DNA of 63,901 nucleotides, filler included, from 9 parts of 9 records of this genome joined end to end with filler, not necessarily neighbours in it; one strand, 5' to 3'; shown: positions 21,589 through 33,137, numbered from the whole stretch's first letter. Program-made: numbers and translations. Notes: generated from the letters alone by a model not told the origin.

Positions 21589-21863
21589 ATGGGCGACTAT
21601 ACCGCTGTATTTGAAAAGAGCATTAACGACCCAGCCGGATTTTGGGGGGAACATGCCGGGGCGATTGATTGGTATAAACCCTGGGAACAGGTCATGGATA
21701 GCGAAAACGCCCCATTTTACAAGTGGTTCAAAGGCGGAGTATTGAACACCTGTTATAATGCTGTAGACCGCCATGTTAATGATGGGCGGGCGGATCAACC
21801 TGCGATCATTTATGACAGCCCGGTCGCCGATACCAAGCAGATCATCACTTACAGACAACTTTT
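21589..21863 (+). CDS. prpE: Propionyl-/acetyl-CoA synthetase, N-terminal part
   Basis: SINDPAGFW, WFKGGVLNTCYNAVDRH, AIIYDSPV. Confidence 0.8.
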
Positions 21864-21963
21864 NNNNNNNNNNNNNNNNNNNNNNNNNNNNNNNNNNNNN
21901 NNNNNNNTTAATTAATTAANNNNNNNNNNNNNNNNNNNNNNNNNNNNNNNNNNNNNNNNNNNN

Positions 21964-23052
21964 AATGCAAAATCACTGACGGACAAACGGGACCCTGAAA
22001 CCTTAACGACAGCATACAAACCGATCCTTGCCAAACGCTATCCCCAAATGAAAATCACCAACAACGATAACGGGGTAACCCTTTACGGGGAAAAAGGGCG
22101 ATTGTCCCGCCTGGGTGTCTATATCGTTCACCTGAGCGTACTCTTCTTGCTCATCGGCGGGTTGGTTGGCTCTTTCTTTGGATTCGAGGGTTTCGTCAAC
22201 ATTCCAGAAGGTGAAACCACAGACACCATACGCATTCGAAATACGGGGCAGATTCACCGCCTCGACTTTCAGATCCGGTGTGATGATTTTTCCTTAACCC
22301 TATACGATACCGGAGCCCCGAAGGAATACAGGTCGTCCCTGTCGATTTTGGAAAACGGACATGTGGTAAAACAAAAAGAAATCATTGTAAACGACCCATT
22401 GCGCTATCGGGGAATCAATCTGTTTCAATCCAGCTATGGTGAAATTCCTCCCGATCAGGTTCACCAGACGAAACCACCAATGGCCGCCCCGGCGGAAGAC
22501 TATACCCTCAGTTTTACAAGCAAGGACTCGGGAATGAGCTATACGGTCACGGCAAAAGTGGGGGTTCCCGTGGATATTCCGGAAGGATTAGGGAAATTTG
22601 TTATCATGGCTTTCGAACAAGATGCAGATTTCCGGGGTATGGATGTGGGCGCAGCCTTGAAGGGAATCCTTACGCCACCCGACAGCGAAGCGTTGGAAGT
22701 CCTTTTGCCTTTGAAATTTGCCAACTTCGATAAAATGCGTGGTGGCAACGTCAGTATCACCGTAACCAACCAGCAACATGAAGAATTTTCGCCTAAAACA
22801 ACCATGGAGAAAAAATACTGGACCGGCCTGCAGGTTACAAATGATCCGGGTGTAGGGCTCGTCTATACCGGATTTGTCCTCATGATTGCAGGATGTTTTG
22901 TTGCTTTTTTTCTATCTCACCAACAGGTATGCATCGTCATCGAGCAGTTGAATAAGAATTGCAGGGTGACGGTTGCCGGTGTCGCAAACCGGAATCAGTT
23001 GTCCATGAACAATACGATTGATACGATTTATTCGGCCCTGGCCAAATGTTAA
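21964..23052 (+). CDS. resB: Cytochrome c biogenesis protein ResB/Ccs1 (5' truncated)
   Basis: YIVHLS..L.GG, IIVNDPL.Y.G, TGLQV..DPG. Confidence 0.9.
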   Translation, partial: NAKSLTDKRDPETLTTAYKPILAKRYPQMKITNNDNGVTLYGEKGRLSRLGVYIVHLSVLFLLIGGLVGSFFGFEGFVNIPEGETTDTIRIRNTGQIHRLDFQIRCDDFSLTLYDTGAPKEYRSSLSILENGHVVKQKEIIVNDPLRYRGINLFQSSYGEIPPDQVHQTKPPMAAPAEDYTLSFTSKDSGMSYTVTAKVGVPVDIPEGLGKFVIMAFEQDADFRGMDVGAALKGILTPPDSEALEVLLPLKFANFDKMRGGNVSITVTNQQHEEFSPKTTMEKKYWTGLQVTNDPGVGLVYTGFVLMIAGCFVAFFLSHQQVCIVIEQLNKNCRVTVAGVANRNQLSMNNTIDTIYSALAKC

Positions 23053-23092
23053 CAAAAATCTTGATGACCCCAAAAGGAGATCCCCTTTATCC

Positions 23093-23932
23093 ATGAGCAG
23101 TTCACAGCTACTCTCAATATCGACATTCGTTTATGCCCTTGCTGCATTTTTTTACCTGGCGGCGTTAATCTTTAGAAAACCCCGATTGACCCTTCCTGCA
23201 CGCTGGAGCGTCATAGGGGCAGTGGTGTTTACAACGATCGGCCTGGGATTGCGCTGGATTGAGTCCTACCAAATGGGAATCGGCCATGCCCCTCTTTCCA
23301 ATTTGTACGAATCTTTGGTCTTTTTTGCCTGGACCGCGGGATTGGTCTACCTTTTCATGGAGTTTAAATATAAAAACCCATTGATTGGCGCCTTCGTCAC
23401 TCCCATCGCCTTTTTGGCCATGGCCTACGCCTCCATGTCACCGAATATCAGTGACCGCATCCAACCCCTGGTTCCGGCGCTTAAATCCAACTGGCTCATT
23501 GCCCATGTTGCCACCTGTTTTTTCGGGTACGCAGCATTCGCCATCGCATTCGGGATCAGCATCATGTATTTGATCAAAGATAGGAAACCGGATGGCTCAG
23601 GGGGTATCGTAAGCCACATTCCAAAGTTGCCCGTACTGGACGAACTCACTCACCAGATGGTGCTGTTCGGATTCCTTTTTCTCACTGCGGGAATCATTAC
23701 GGGCGCCGTATGGGCCAACTCTGCCTGGGGAAGCTACTGGTCCTGGGACCCGAAAGAGACATGGTCCTTGATCACCTGGTTCATTTATGCCACGCTACTG
23801 CATGCGCGATTAATGCGGGGCTGGCAGGGAAAATCAATCGCATACCTCTCCATCGTTGGATTTGCCGCCGTGCTGTTCACCTATTTCGGTGTAAACCTGC
23901 TCCCAGGGCTTCACAGCTACGGAAAAGTATAA
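23093..23932 (+). CDS. ccsA: System II cytochrome c synthase (WWD domain)
   Basis: PALKSNWL.AHV, WANSAWGSYWSWDPKETW, GLHSY. Confidence 0.95.
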   Translation: MSSSQLLSISTFVYALAAFFYLAALIFRKPRLTLPARWSVIGAVVFTTIGLGLRWIESYQMGIGHAPLSNLYESLVFFAWTAGLVYLFMEFKYKNPLIGAFVTPIAFLAMAYASMSPNISDRIQPLVPALKSNWLIAHVATCFFGYAAFAIAFGISIMYLIKDRKPDGSGGIVSHIPKLPVLDELTHQMVLFGFLFLTAGIITGAVWANSAWGSYWSWDPKETWSLITWFIYATLLHARLMRGWQGKSIAYLSIVGFAAVLFTYFGVNLLPGLHSYGKV

Positions 23933-23990
23933 AGCAGAAATAGGCAAATCGGTCATTTCTGGATGGACACTATCAAAAGAAAGGTGGGAT

Positions 23991-24449
23991 TTGAGGTTGA
24001 TAACTGACAAGCTGGACAAATCGATACTCAATCGGATTCAGACAAAATTTCCATTGACATCAAAACCGTACGCTACGATTGCCGAAGAACTTGAAACCAC
24101 TGAGGAAGAAGTTTTAACGAGAGTCGCCAGACTGAAAAAAGAAGGAATTATCAGGCGAATCGGCGGAAATTTCGTTCCCAGCAAAGTGGGGTTTGTGAGC
24201 ACACTTTGTACAGCACAGGTCCCTGGTGAGAAAATCGATCTCTTTGCCGAAGCAGTGAGCCGGTATCCCGGCGTCACGCACAACTATATCAGGGAGAATG
24301 CTTTCAACGTTTGGTTCACGTTCATTGCACCGTCCAGGGTAGCAATTCGTAAAAACCTGGCACGAATTTCCGAAAAGACCGGTGTTGAAACAATCTTGAA
24401 CCTGCCGGCAACGCACGTATTTAAAATTAAGGCTAAATTTGACGTATAG
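23991..24449 (+). CDS. ahbA: Siroheme decarboxylase subunit alpha (Lrp/AsnC-like)
   Basis: FPL..PY, GIIRRIG, GVTHNY.R, NVWFT; heme-related context. Confidence 0.85.
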   Translation: MRLITDKLDKSILNRIQTKFPLTSKPYATIAEELETTEEEVLTRVARLKKEGIIRRIGGNFVPSKVGFVSTLCTAQVPGEKIDLFAEAVSRYPGVTHNYIRENAFNVWFTFIAPSRVAIRKNLARISEKTGVETILNLPATHVFKIKAKFDV

Positions 24450-24459
24450 CGAAAAAGGA

Positions 24460-24861
24460 TTATTCGTCGGTAAACACAGATTCGATTTTCGCGGAAAGAT
24501 CCATGACCTGGTAGGGTTTTTGAATAACCGAGGAAGGAGGGGTGTCTCCGAACTGATCGAAAACGTGACTCTCGGAAAGACCAGTAGCGATGATGATGGG
24601 AAGCCGGGGATTTTCGTCGCGCAAATGGCCGAAGGCGGTCCGACCGTCCATGCCCGGCATTGTTAAATCAAGCACAACACATCCGATGGATGATTTAAAA
24701 CGGTGGTATTGCTCAAGAGCCTCTTCACCGCTTTCTGCAATGATGACATCATGTCCCAGTTTTTGCAAAATTGCAGAGCCTACTTGTAGGACCATCTTCT
24801 CGTCATCTACCAAAAGTACTTTGCGGCTTTTGGCCAAGTTCTGATTTGAGTCGCTATTCAT
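24460..24861 (-). CDS. Single-domain response regulator
   Basis: LLVDDE, LDLTMPGMDG, QKPY. Confidence 0.88.
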   Translation of the reverse strand: MNSDSNQNLAKSRKVLLVDDEKMVLQVGSAILQKLGHDVIIAESGEEALEQYHRFKSSIGCVVLDLTMPGMDGRTAFGHLRDENPRLPIIIATGLSESHVFDQFGDTPPSSVIQKPYQVMDLSAKIESVFTDE

Positions 24862-25193
24862 GGTTTCATTCCAGTTTTTCAATTGCTTCGATCTGTTTTC
24901 TATATAGTTTAAACAACAAATAATATCAAACAGAAAAATGTTACCTTTGTAACATTATGATAGAAAATCAAATTCTTATTATGCGGATAGACCATGAAAA
25001 ATCCGGTGGAAATGGCAACTTTCCCGTTCCTTGAGATCGAGGATGAGATGAATTACTCCTACTTTCGCCGGGACTGGGGTTGTCTTCAAGGCACATCAAC
25101 GGCCGCATACTCGACGTTTGTGGCCGTTGATGCAACACAGAAGACGGGTGCAAAAACAAGTCGTTTGGGATAAAAAACAAGGATTCAAGATCC

Positions 25194-25922
25194 TTACCCC
25201 AAATCGATGGGAACCTGCGCGTTCAAACGAATGCTATCAAGATCAATGCTCACATCGTAAGCAAAAAGTTCTACACCGTTTCGCGCAGCCGCCCGGAGTT
25301 TTCTTCCATATTCGGGATCGATTGGATCTGCAGGGGAAAAGGAAGTTGCATCCATACGTTGAATTAAGAAAAACATTGCGCATCGATACCCCTGTTTAAT
25401 AAGGTTCTGTAATTCCACCAAATGCTTTTGGCCTCGAACGGTCACAGCATCGGGGAATGTAGCAATCCCATCGGTAACAAAGGTACAATTTTTCACCTCG
25501 ACAAAGCAGGAACGGCGGTTCGATGAAGATAGAAGAATATCAATCCTCGAATTTTTCCCAGCTTTTACTTCACGTTTCACGGTTTCATAGTCACGTAATT
25601 CGACCACATCACCTGAAGCGATGGCAAGGGCGGTTAGGCGGTTGGGGACCTGGGTATTGACCCCTACCATGGAGGACGGCATGTGAATCAATTCCCAGGT
25701 ATATTTCAGCTTCCGTTTGGGATTATCGTGATAGGACAGGTATACGGGCATGCCGGGTTGGCAGCAGGCTTTCATACTCCCTGAATTGGGACAATGGGCC
25801 GTCACCACCTCTCCGTTTTCCAGCTGCACATCGGCCAGGAACCGTTTGTACCGCCGTATCAGGGTGCCGGATATCAATTCCGGCCAGTGGAGAACTCCTG
25901 TCACCATCGGATCGTCGGACAT
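25194..25922 (-). CDS. sfsA: DNA/RNA nuclease SfsA
   Basis: RYKRFLAD, AHCPNSGSM, FVEVK, FPDAVT.RG.KH. Confidence 0.94.
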   Translation of the reverse strand: MSDDPMVTGVLHWPELISGTLIRRYKRFLADVQLENGEVVTAHCPNSGSMKACCQPGMPVYLSYHDNPKRKLKYTWELIHMPSSMVGVNTQVPNRLTALAIASGDVVELRDYETVKREVKAGKNSRIDILLSSSNRRSCFVEVKNCTFVTDGIATFPDAVTVRGQKHLVELQNLIKQGYRCAMFFLIQRMDATSFSPADPIDPEYGRKLRAAARNGVELFAYDVSIDLDSIRLNAQVPIDLG

Positions 25923-25924
25923 GG

Positions 25925-26425
25925 TTATTTCCTGTTCGGACAATTGCCGGCCCAAGCCCCCCTGCCATGGGCGCCTCCGTGTTCCATAAAAAACCCTTTT
26001 CCGGCATCGGGGCTGATTTTTCGTACCGCAATGATATGCGTCAACAGCTTTTGGTCCAAACTTGCACGCAACTGGGAGATCTCCTCCTGAAGCAGGCTTG
26101 CCTTTTGGACATCAGGGGCCTCTTGACCGATCTCCGCCCACAAAGCTGACCTTTTTTCATCCAGGGCCTCCCGTTCATCTTTTGTCGCCTCCATAAAAGC
26201 GACGCGCTCAGCCTTTAGTTGCTCACGCTGTTCCGGTGTCAGATCGGCAACCGCACCAGTTTTGCCGCATCCGCCGGATTTACCGTAACTGCTGCAGCCG
26301 CCACATCCTTTTCCTGCTTTTGAGCCGGCCATCTCCTTGTACGCATAACCATTTGACACCAAAACGAGGGCTGCGGCGGCAATCAATCCAACAAACAGGT
26401 ATCGTACGCTTATTTTTTTTTTCAT
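25925..26425 (-). CDS. Periplasmic Spy/CpxP/ZraP-family protein
   Basis: Signal peptide, Gly/Cys-rich linker, LTPEQ motif, helical body. Confidence 0.75.
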   Translation of the reverse strand: MKKKISVRYLFVGLIAAAALVLVSNGYAYKEMAGSKAGKGCGGCSSYGKSGGCGKTGAVADLTPEQREQLKAERVAFMEATKDEREALDEKRSALWAEIGQEAPDVQKASLLQEEISQLRASLDQKLLTHIIAVRKISPDAGKGFFMEHGGAHGRGAWAGNCPNRK

Positions 26426-26603
26426 AGCCTCTTTTTCTCCTATCAAAAAGATACACCTGTCAACGTTAACAGAGCAAAGACTCACTCCTCTTCCTCTTGG
26501 GTTGACAGCGGGTCCGTTGCCCGACAATGAGGAATAATATGAATCACAAATTAATTACAAAATCCAGTTTTTCAATGTCGGACAGGCGGGATCGAATTTT
26601 TTT

Positions 26604-28418
26604 GTGAATCGGCTGGGCCTCTCCCCATTAAAGTCTCTCCAGGTTCAACCGATAGCAACTTCGCCGGATCAAAACGAAATGAAATCGGTTGAAGAAAATG
26701 AGAACTGCCCAATGAAGACTGCTTCGTTAACGCCACAGCGATTCAAGAAAGCCAGAACATTTCGGAAACGTTGGGAAAACGGTTTCGACCTGCAAAGGCG
26801 TTGTCGCCTGCTGAAGGCCAAAGAATCCGCCGAGGCAGCAAACAAGGCCAAAAGTCAGTTTCTGGCCGACATGAGCCATGAAATTCGCACTCCGATGAAT
26901 GCAGTCATCGGTTTTACAGATCTGCTATCGGATACAAATCTGACCGAACTGCAAAGCGACTATGTGCGGACCATTCAAGAAAGCGGCATGGCCCTTCTTT
27001 CCATCGTCAATGATATTGTCGATTTGTCAAAAATCGAATCCGGTGAATTCGATTTTGAAACCATCCCTTTCGATCCGGAACTGCTCGCCTATGATGTTTG
27101 CGAATTGATCGCTCCCAAAGCCAGAGATAAACCCGTTGAACTGCTCTGCAGAATCGATGACCTTCTGCCTGCAATGGTACAGGGCGATCCACTCCGCTTT
27201 CGCCAGGTTTTGACCAACCTCCTCGACAATGCTCAAAAGTTCACCGAAAAAGGTGAGATCGAACTTTTCTTGAAAGTGGCGGATCAAACCCAGGATGCCG
27301 TTCAACTCCACGCCTCCGTCAGGGACACGGGCGTTGGCATCCCATCGGAAAAACGCAACATTATTTTCGAACCGTTTCGCCAGTCAGACCTTCAAACGAA
27401 CCGGAGATATGGCGGATCAGGCTTGGGGCTTTCCATCTGCAGGAAAATCGCCAACAAATTTGGCGGTTCGGTATGGGTGGAAGACGGCAACGGCACGGGG
27501 TGCACCTTTCATTTTACCGCCTGGTTGGGACAGTGTGAAATGCTTCCTGCACAGCAACCCAATTCGGTAAAAAGATCAGGGAAACGGGTGCTGGTGGTGG
27601 ATGACAATCGTACCAACCTGGAGATTCTCGATCGAATTTTACGTACAGCGGGTATGGACACCACGATTACCCGTCGAAGTCGCAAAGCCGTTTCAATCCT
27701 CCGGGCAGCCATGCGGGACAACAACCCTTTTCATCTGTGCATTGCGGATATCCGCATGCCGGATCCCGATGGATATGCATTGGCCAGACAGGTCCGACAT
27801 TCCGGGTCCCCGGTATCAACGATTCCATTGATCGCCCTATCCAGTTCTCCCGGTCGGGATGCCCGACACTGCAGAGAAGCGGGGTACAATGGATTTTTAA
27901 ACAAACCGGTAAGGCGAGAAAAATTGCTTCAGATGATTGAACGGGTGTTTCAGAAAAAAGACCGACAATCCGCTGAGTCCTCAGTACCGCCACCCATAAT
28001 CCACACCCAATACTCGGTCAGGGAAGAGCTGAAACATTCGGTCAGGATCCTGCTCGTTGAAGATAACCCTGTCAATCAGAAGCTGACCGAACTCATGCTG
28101 AAAAAAGCCGGCTATGGGGTGACGGTGGCCGGCGATGGCGTTGAAGCCATAAGCCTCTTTACATCCAACCCGGATCATTTCGATCTGATCTTCATGGACA
28201 TTCAAATGCCTGAAATGGATGGCTTGGCGGCTACGAAAAAGATCAGGGAGTACGGGTTTACCCATGTCCCCATCATCGCGATGACCGCACAAGCCATGGC
28301 AAAGGACAGGAAACTGTGCTTGGATACAGGCATGAACGATTACATCACCAAGCCCATCAAACGTGAAGCGGTGTTTGCCATGATCAAAAAGACGATACTC
28401 TCTGGATCCATGTCATGA
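26604..28418 (+). CDS. Cytoplasmic hybrid histidine kinase with two receiver domains (start uncertain)
   Basis: [19 protein letters not shown], two REC domains. Confidence 0.9.
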   Translation: MNRLGLSPLKSLQVQPIATSPDQNEMKSVEENENCPMKTASLTPQRFKKARTFRKRWENGFDLQRRCRLLKAKESAEAANKAKSQFLADMSHEIRTPMNAVIGFTDLLSDTNLTELQSDYVRTIQESGMALLSIVNDIVDLSKIESGEFDFETIPFDPELLAYDVCELIAPKARDKPVELLCRIDDLLPAMVQGDPLRFRQVLTNLLDNAQKFTEKGEIELFLKVADQTQDAVQLHASVRDTGVGIPSEKRNIIFEPFRQSDLQTNRRYGGSGLGLSICRKIANKFGGSVWVEDGNGTGCTFHFTAWLGQCEMLPAQQPNSVKRSGKRVLVVDDNRTNLEILDRILRTAGMDTTITRRSRKAVSILRAAMRDNNPFHLCIADIRMPDPDGYALARQVRHSGSPVSTIPLIALSSSPGRDARHCREAGYNGFLNKPVRREKLLQMIERVFQKKDRQSAESSVPPPIIHTQYSVREELKHSVRILLVEDNPVNQKLTELMLKKAGYGVTVAGDGVEAISLFTSNPDHFDLIFMDIQMPEMDGLAATKKIREYGFTHVPIIAMTAQAMAKDRKLCLDTGMNDYITKPIKREAVFAMIKKTILSGSMS

Positions 28419-28771
28419 ATCTGAAAGCGCTGGGTGACAGCATCGGTCTGGAGGAGGAAGAATACCTGGAACTCCTGCATCTTTTTCTCGATTCGGGTGC
28501 AACTGAAATCGTAAAAATTAAAAAAGGTCTCGGCACCGGCGATTCCAGGCAAGTATCCCGAAGCGCCCACACCATAAATGGCGCAGCAGGAAACCTCGGG
28601 ATCGTATCCATTCATGAAGTTGCCAAACGAATCGAAAACGCTGCAAAACGGAATCGACTGGATGCCGTTGTCGACGATGTGGATTTTTTGGATGAATCTT
28701 ACCGGCAATTGTCAAAGTGGTGCTCCAATGACCCACACAATAAACCCCTGTCTCTCCCGGTTCATATTTGA
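28415..28771 (+). CDS. Hpt phosphotransfer protein
   Basis: [16 protein letters not shown]-coupled to the kinase. Confidence 0.88.
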   Translation: MNLKALGDSIGLEEEEYLELLHLFLDSGATEIVKIKKGLGTGDSRQVSRSAHTINGAAGNLGIVSIHEVAKRIENAAKRNRLDAVVDDVDFLDESYRQLSKWCSNDPHNKPLSLPVHI

Positions 28772-28783
28772 TATGTCCTGGGA

Positions 28784-29677
28784 ATGATGAATACCGTCAA
28801 TAAAAATCAGAAAGAACTACTTGCCCAGATTCAAAGCGCCATCCAGCAAAACGGGCTTCTCACCGAAGAGATACTTGCTTACATCGATAGCGCACTGTTT
28901 CCACCGGAACCCGACGCGTTGACCGACCTTATCACGGACGAGTCGGATTGCGAACGAGACACGCTTTTGGACCTGGTCTTTTCCCCTGATCAAGCTGTTC
29001 AGGAGAGTCTTGAACCATTGTTGGAATCTTCCGGCTTTTCAACCGCAGACGAGAACCAAGTAGAAAAAGGTCTTCTTCTGACACAGATCCGAACACCGAT
29101 TCGCTTGCCCGGCAATAGAACGCTGGCAACGATCCCGGTTCCCGAAGATATCAAAGTATCCTATCTGAAACGATTGAACATCACCCATCAACTGGATTCC
29201 CGGGTCCGGTCGGCCATTGAAGAGGGTGTGGGAGCGAAAAGATGCCTGGCCGTCAAAGTAAAGATGAGAAATTCGAAGATTCATCCGCGCCCCCGACACC
29301 GTCAATTTCTGTGCAGTTTTTTCGAACGGATGGAGGAGAAGGCCCCCGGATATTTCCAGTGCCTTGACCTGGTCCTTTCTCTGTTGGGTTCGGCTCCCGG
29401 TGAAAAGGATGTCTATGCTTTGCTTGCCGAGCGGAAGCAATCCCTCTTTCGCAGCCTTAAGCAGATCAGTCGGTTCGAAACCTTGCTCAGCCGCTCAAAT
29501 ATGGAGACCCTGATGCTTCAGGGAATTCGAGCGCCCCATGCATCCCGCCAGGAAGTCGTGCGGCAAATGGAACGGGTCGACCGGATCTGTTTTAGCGTAT
29601 TCGGCAAAACCGAAATCATTCCGGAACCGGTGGAAGAGACACTGAAGGGGATGGATGACCTGATGGTGCCACGTTAG
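28784..29677 (+). CDS. Hypothetical protein
   Basis: 297-aa ORF in operon position; no motif recognised. Confidence 0.7.
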   Translation: MMNTVNKNQKELLAQIQSAIQQNGLLTEEILAYIDSALFPPEPDALTDLITDESDCERDTLLDLVFSPDQAVQESLEPLLESSGFSTADENQVEKGLLLTQIRTPIRLPGNRTLATIPVPEDIKVSYLKRLNITHQLDSRVRSAIEEGVGAKRCLAVKVKMRNSKIHPRPRHRQFLCSFFERMEEKAPGYFQCLDLVLSLLGSAPGEKDVYALLAERKQSLFRSLKQISRFETLLSRSNMETLMLQGIRAPHASRQEVVRQMERVDRICFSVFGKTEIIPEPVEETLKGMDDLMVPR

Positions 29678-29711
29678 ACCCATGGGGTTCACGCCAATCG
29701 CGTAAACGTTC

Positions 29712-31340
29712 TTACTCCTCGCCCAGCAGAAGGTAAACACCCGGAAGGATTGTAGGCGCATTGACACGAACGGTTACCGAATCCTCAGCCACCGAGCCTT
29801 CGTCATCCGTTACGCTCAGCACGACGGAATAGACGCCGGAATTGTTGAAAACAACGGATCCGGGATCCTCAACTGTCACAGGCTCCGAAGCACCATCGAA
29901 ATCCCAGTGGTAAGAAAGGGGATGGATGCCTCCGATGACAGAAGCCTCGAAAGGGATGGAGCTCCCCCTCTCAACCGAAAGATTGGCCGACGGCTCGTCG
30001 ATTGTGGCGGCAAAAAGTCGATGTTGAAAGATCCCCGGCCTCAGCGCTGCGTCACCAATAAGAACCATTCCATACCACCATCTTGGCGCGTAGGAAGAAT
30101 AGGATGTCTGCATCGTATTGAACCAGCTGACGAAAGCCGAACCAAAGGTCTCTTCGCCTCCCAAAGCAGAATAAAAAGCCTCATCCTTCCACATTCCACC
30201 GGTCTTGGTAGACCCCCATGCCAGTAGACCGGAGTCATCCGTATTGAAAACCACGGTACCGGCAAGGTACTCCTCGGCGCTGAAATCCGCTCCGGAGCAC
30301 ACGAAAAAGGAGTAAAAAAGGGCGGTTGGATCAATTGACCGATAATCCAGATTATAGACATAACCGGAACTCGATCCGCTGTTGTGATAAAATTTGTGCC
30401 CCTGTGGGTACCCATGCGATCGAATATTCATCATTTCATAGGTTGCCATGAAAGGGTCCATATGGTTGGATTTGTAGTCATCCGCTGTGGTCGCATCGGG
30501 ATCGGAGATCGCGGTAATACGGGTTGATGGATAGATGTTCTGAACGGCGGCCAGGTCACCGGCGATCATATTTTCCCAATCGTCGTCATTGTAGATCAGT
30601 GCAGTGGAGGCCGGCATAAGATTTCCAGTGCGATAGCGATGATTCTTGGAAAAATACGCATTGACAACGGCCGACTCGCTGCCCAATGAAAACAGGTTGT
30701 CCGCCTTTATCCGGCTGACCCACACCTCCAACGTTTTATTGCCCTCCCACGTATCGTATTTGCCATTTCCCGGCTGAACATTCCCGTCACTTTCGATATC
30801 CGACCAGATGCCGTCCATATCCATATAAAACAGGTCACAGGGAAAATCTTCGTACTCGCTTCCACTCCCCCAGTCCTGGTTCAGTTCGGCCAGGACATAC
30901 GGTATGTCTCCCACCATAACAACGCCCACAAGGGATGCCGGTTCGGCGTAAAGCACAGCAAGGTAGGCGCGAAGGTCTTCGGCAGACCCATTGGAATAGA
31001 TATGGGTCGTCACCGTATATCCGGACATCACAAGGTCGGATTCATACCTGCTCACGGAATCCGCAACAGCCGCGATAAGTTCACTGTGTATGACAATGCA
31101 GACCCTTCCCGAATCTTGAAAAAAAGGCTGCAAAGGTTCCTTGGAAGGCGGCTTGGGTTCTTCGTAAATGATCAAAGGCGCAGTGATCTTGACAGATGAA
31201 TGGGGCTTTTTCGGCATTCCCAGAGGGTCCATCCAACGGGTTACGGCGGGCTCTTGCGCCGCGCTGTAACTTTCCGTTACAAATGCAACCATCCATACGA
31301 CCAAAACCGAAAGCCAGATCAAACACCTTCGCACTCTCAT
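29712..31340 (-). CDS. Secreted gingipain-like (C25) cysteine peptidase with PKD domain
   Basis: Signal peptide; MVGDIP, CDLFYMDMDG, VSRI, catalytic-like SHG and FVCS; PKD (YHWDFDG, GVYSVVLSVTDD.G). Confidence 0.7.
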   Translation of the reverse strand: MRVRRCLIWLSVLVVWMVAFVTESYSAAQEPAVTRWMDPLGMPKKPHSSVKITAPLIIYEEPKPPSKEPLQPFFQDSGRVCIVIHSELIAAVADSVSRYESDLVMSGYTVTTHIYSNGSAEDLRAYLAVLYAEPASLVGVVMVGDIPYVLAELNQDWGSGSEYEDFPCDLFYMDMDGIWSDIESDGNVQPGNGKYDTWEGNKTLEVWVSRIKADNLFSLGSESAVVNAYFSKNHRYRTGNLMPASTALIYNDDDWENMIAGDLAAVQNIYPSTRITAISDPDATTADDYKSNHMDPFMATYEMMNIRSHGYPQGHKFYHNSGSSSGYVYNLDYRSIDPTALFYSFFVCSGADFSAEEYLAGTVVFNTDDSGLLAWGSTKTGGMWKDEAFYSALGGEETFGSAFVSWFNTMQTSYSSYAPRWWYGMVLIGDAALRPGIFQHRLFAATIDEPSANLSVERGSSIPFEASVIGGIHPLSYHWDFDGASEPVTVEDPGSVVFNNSGVYSVVLSVTDDEGSVAEDSVTVRVNAPTILPGVYLLLGEE

Positions 31341-31622
31341 GGCCCCTCCGCAAAATTTATTTTCCGGTCAACAGCATCACTCCCGAATGAAAACAATTTT
31401 CCATATAGAGAATTTCCCGAGGAGTCAACAAAGCCTCCCATGGAGACAACAATGATACCGGAGTAAATTCCAGACGCGGATGGCCGGCGGATGGATCGCA
31501 CGCCCCGCTTTGGACCCAATCANNNNNNNNNNNNNNNNNNNNNNNNNNNNNNNNNNNNNNNNNNNNTTAATTAATTAANNNNNNNNNNNNNNNNNNNNNN
31601 NNNNNNNNNNNNNNNNNNNNNN

Positions 31623-32451
31623 CGGAATAGATATCCCAGGGGTGCAGATTTTTTGTTTCGGTCATATGATACAAAAGCGGTACATAACGGTTAAGCGAAC
31701 GCAAGGCCAGCAAAAAGACCATATATCCGATATCGAAGTCCATGCTCTGGACTTCCTTGGGGCTTTTGTATTCCTCAAGTTGGCGGCATCGCGAGGTAAT
31801 CTGATCCCTGATATCCTTCAAGGTGCGCACAATCCAGTCGGAGGCGTCCACGCTCAGGCACGGGGGCGTGAATTTTCTGGACAGGCGGATTTCTTCCCCG
31901 TCCCTTTCAAGTTCGGCAATTGGAATGAGATTGTAATTATCCAGTTTTTCCTGTTCGGTTTCCCAGAAAATCCTCAGAACGTAACTAAGTTGTTTTACCT
32001 GGGCCGCGGGGCCGTCGCCGTGCATGTCCCGAACTTCTTCCGGATCCGCGGTAGTGGCGAACCTGGTATTTATATCGGAAGTTTCATCCAAGGATGGGAC
32101 TACCGTTGCATTGTCTCCAGCCGGGTCCCATTTTCGGAGTCCTAGAAATACGGTGAACGGCTTTTCTCCTTCGAGCCAGGCGTCGTCAAATGATCTGGGT
32201 TTGAGCACGCTGTTGCCGGGAAAAACGGCGTAGGTTCCATCCTGAAAGACGATCTCTCCGTTAAGTATTTCAAAGGATTTGTTGCCGAGCCCGGCCTCCT
32301 GTATTTCCAGGTCGGCCACACCCCAGAAATGGGGCTTGGAATATTTACGAAATGGCTGAAGCAGGGCGTTTTTCTGCAAATCCGCCAATTGCAGGTGCTG
32401 CGGTTGTAAAAAAAGTCCCTGGTGCCAAAAAAGAGGTTTTTCTAAATTCAC
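31623..32451 (-). CDS. tssK: Type VI secretion baseplate subunit TssK, N-terminal part
   Basis: LFWHQGLFLQPQHLQ, FWGV, FTPPCL, HPWDIY. Confidence 0.92.
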
Positions 32452-32453
32452 GA

Positions 32454-33137
32454 TTAACTCCCAACCCGTTTCATTTCCAGCGGACCGAGAAAAACGCCTA
32501 TGTCCAGGCGTCCCGGTATCATAAAAGTATCTTTGAAGATTAAACCCTTTTTTGTGACATTTACGGGTATTTTGAAAAGCAGGGTGGTTTTTTCCGGTTT
32601 CAGATCATAATATCCGGCCACCAGGGCAACATATTGAGCTCCAACCGCCCTGTCCAAAAACACCGTCCTTACTTCCCCCGGTTGCAATATTACCCTTTCG
32701 ACGCCGGATACGCTTTCCCCGAAGCGCTTGCAGCCGAGAAGCTTTACAATGCCTTCCTTGTCCTTGGCCAGATCGTTATAGGCGTTGGGATCGGAAAGCT
32801 GGTAAACGCATAAAACAATTGTATGCGGATTGTCCTTGAACAGGTTTAATTGTGAATCCGCTTTAATCTGTAAAGAAATGGCATTTGAGCCAAAAGTCCA
32901 CTGCACAGCACCGGGTTGGGCGGTTTTTGGAATTTCCGGTTGAGGCAATTCCTTGGGCGGCATCTTTGGAGAAGGCTGGGCCAGTTGCTCGGCGGGTTTT
33001 ACATCCTCCTTTTTTCCGCAGCCGCAGATTAATACGGAAATAAGTACAACAGCCAGGACAACGACCAAGGCTTTCAAGTTCCGCCGGGAAGCTCGAGATA
33101 AGTTAAAAGGGCTAATCAACATATTGAAAAAGTCCAT
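32454..33137 (-). CDS. tssJ: Type VI secretion lipoprotein TssJ
   Basis: Lipobox, ADSQLN, VYQL, LQPG, ALVAGYY; directly upstream of tssK. Confidence 0.88.
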   Translation of the reverse strand: MDFFNMLISPFNLSRASRRNLKALVVVLAVVLISVLICGCGKKEDVKPAEQLAQPSPKMPPKELPQPEIPKTAQPGAVQWTFGSNAISLQIKADSQLNLFKDNPHTIVLCVYQLSDPNAYNDLAKDKEGIVKLLGCKRFGESVSGVERVILQPGEVRTVFLDRAVGAQYVALVAGYYDLKPEKTTLLFKIPVNVTKKGLIFKDTFMIPGRLDIGVFLGPLEMKRVGS

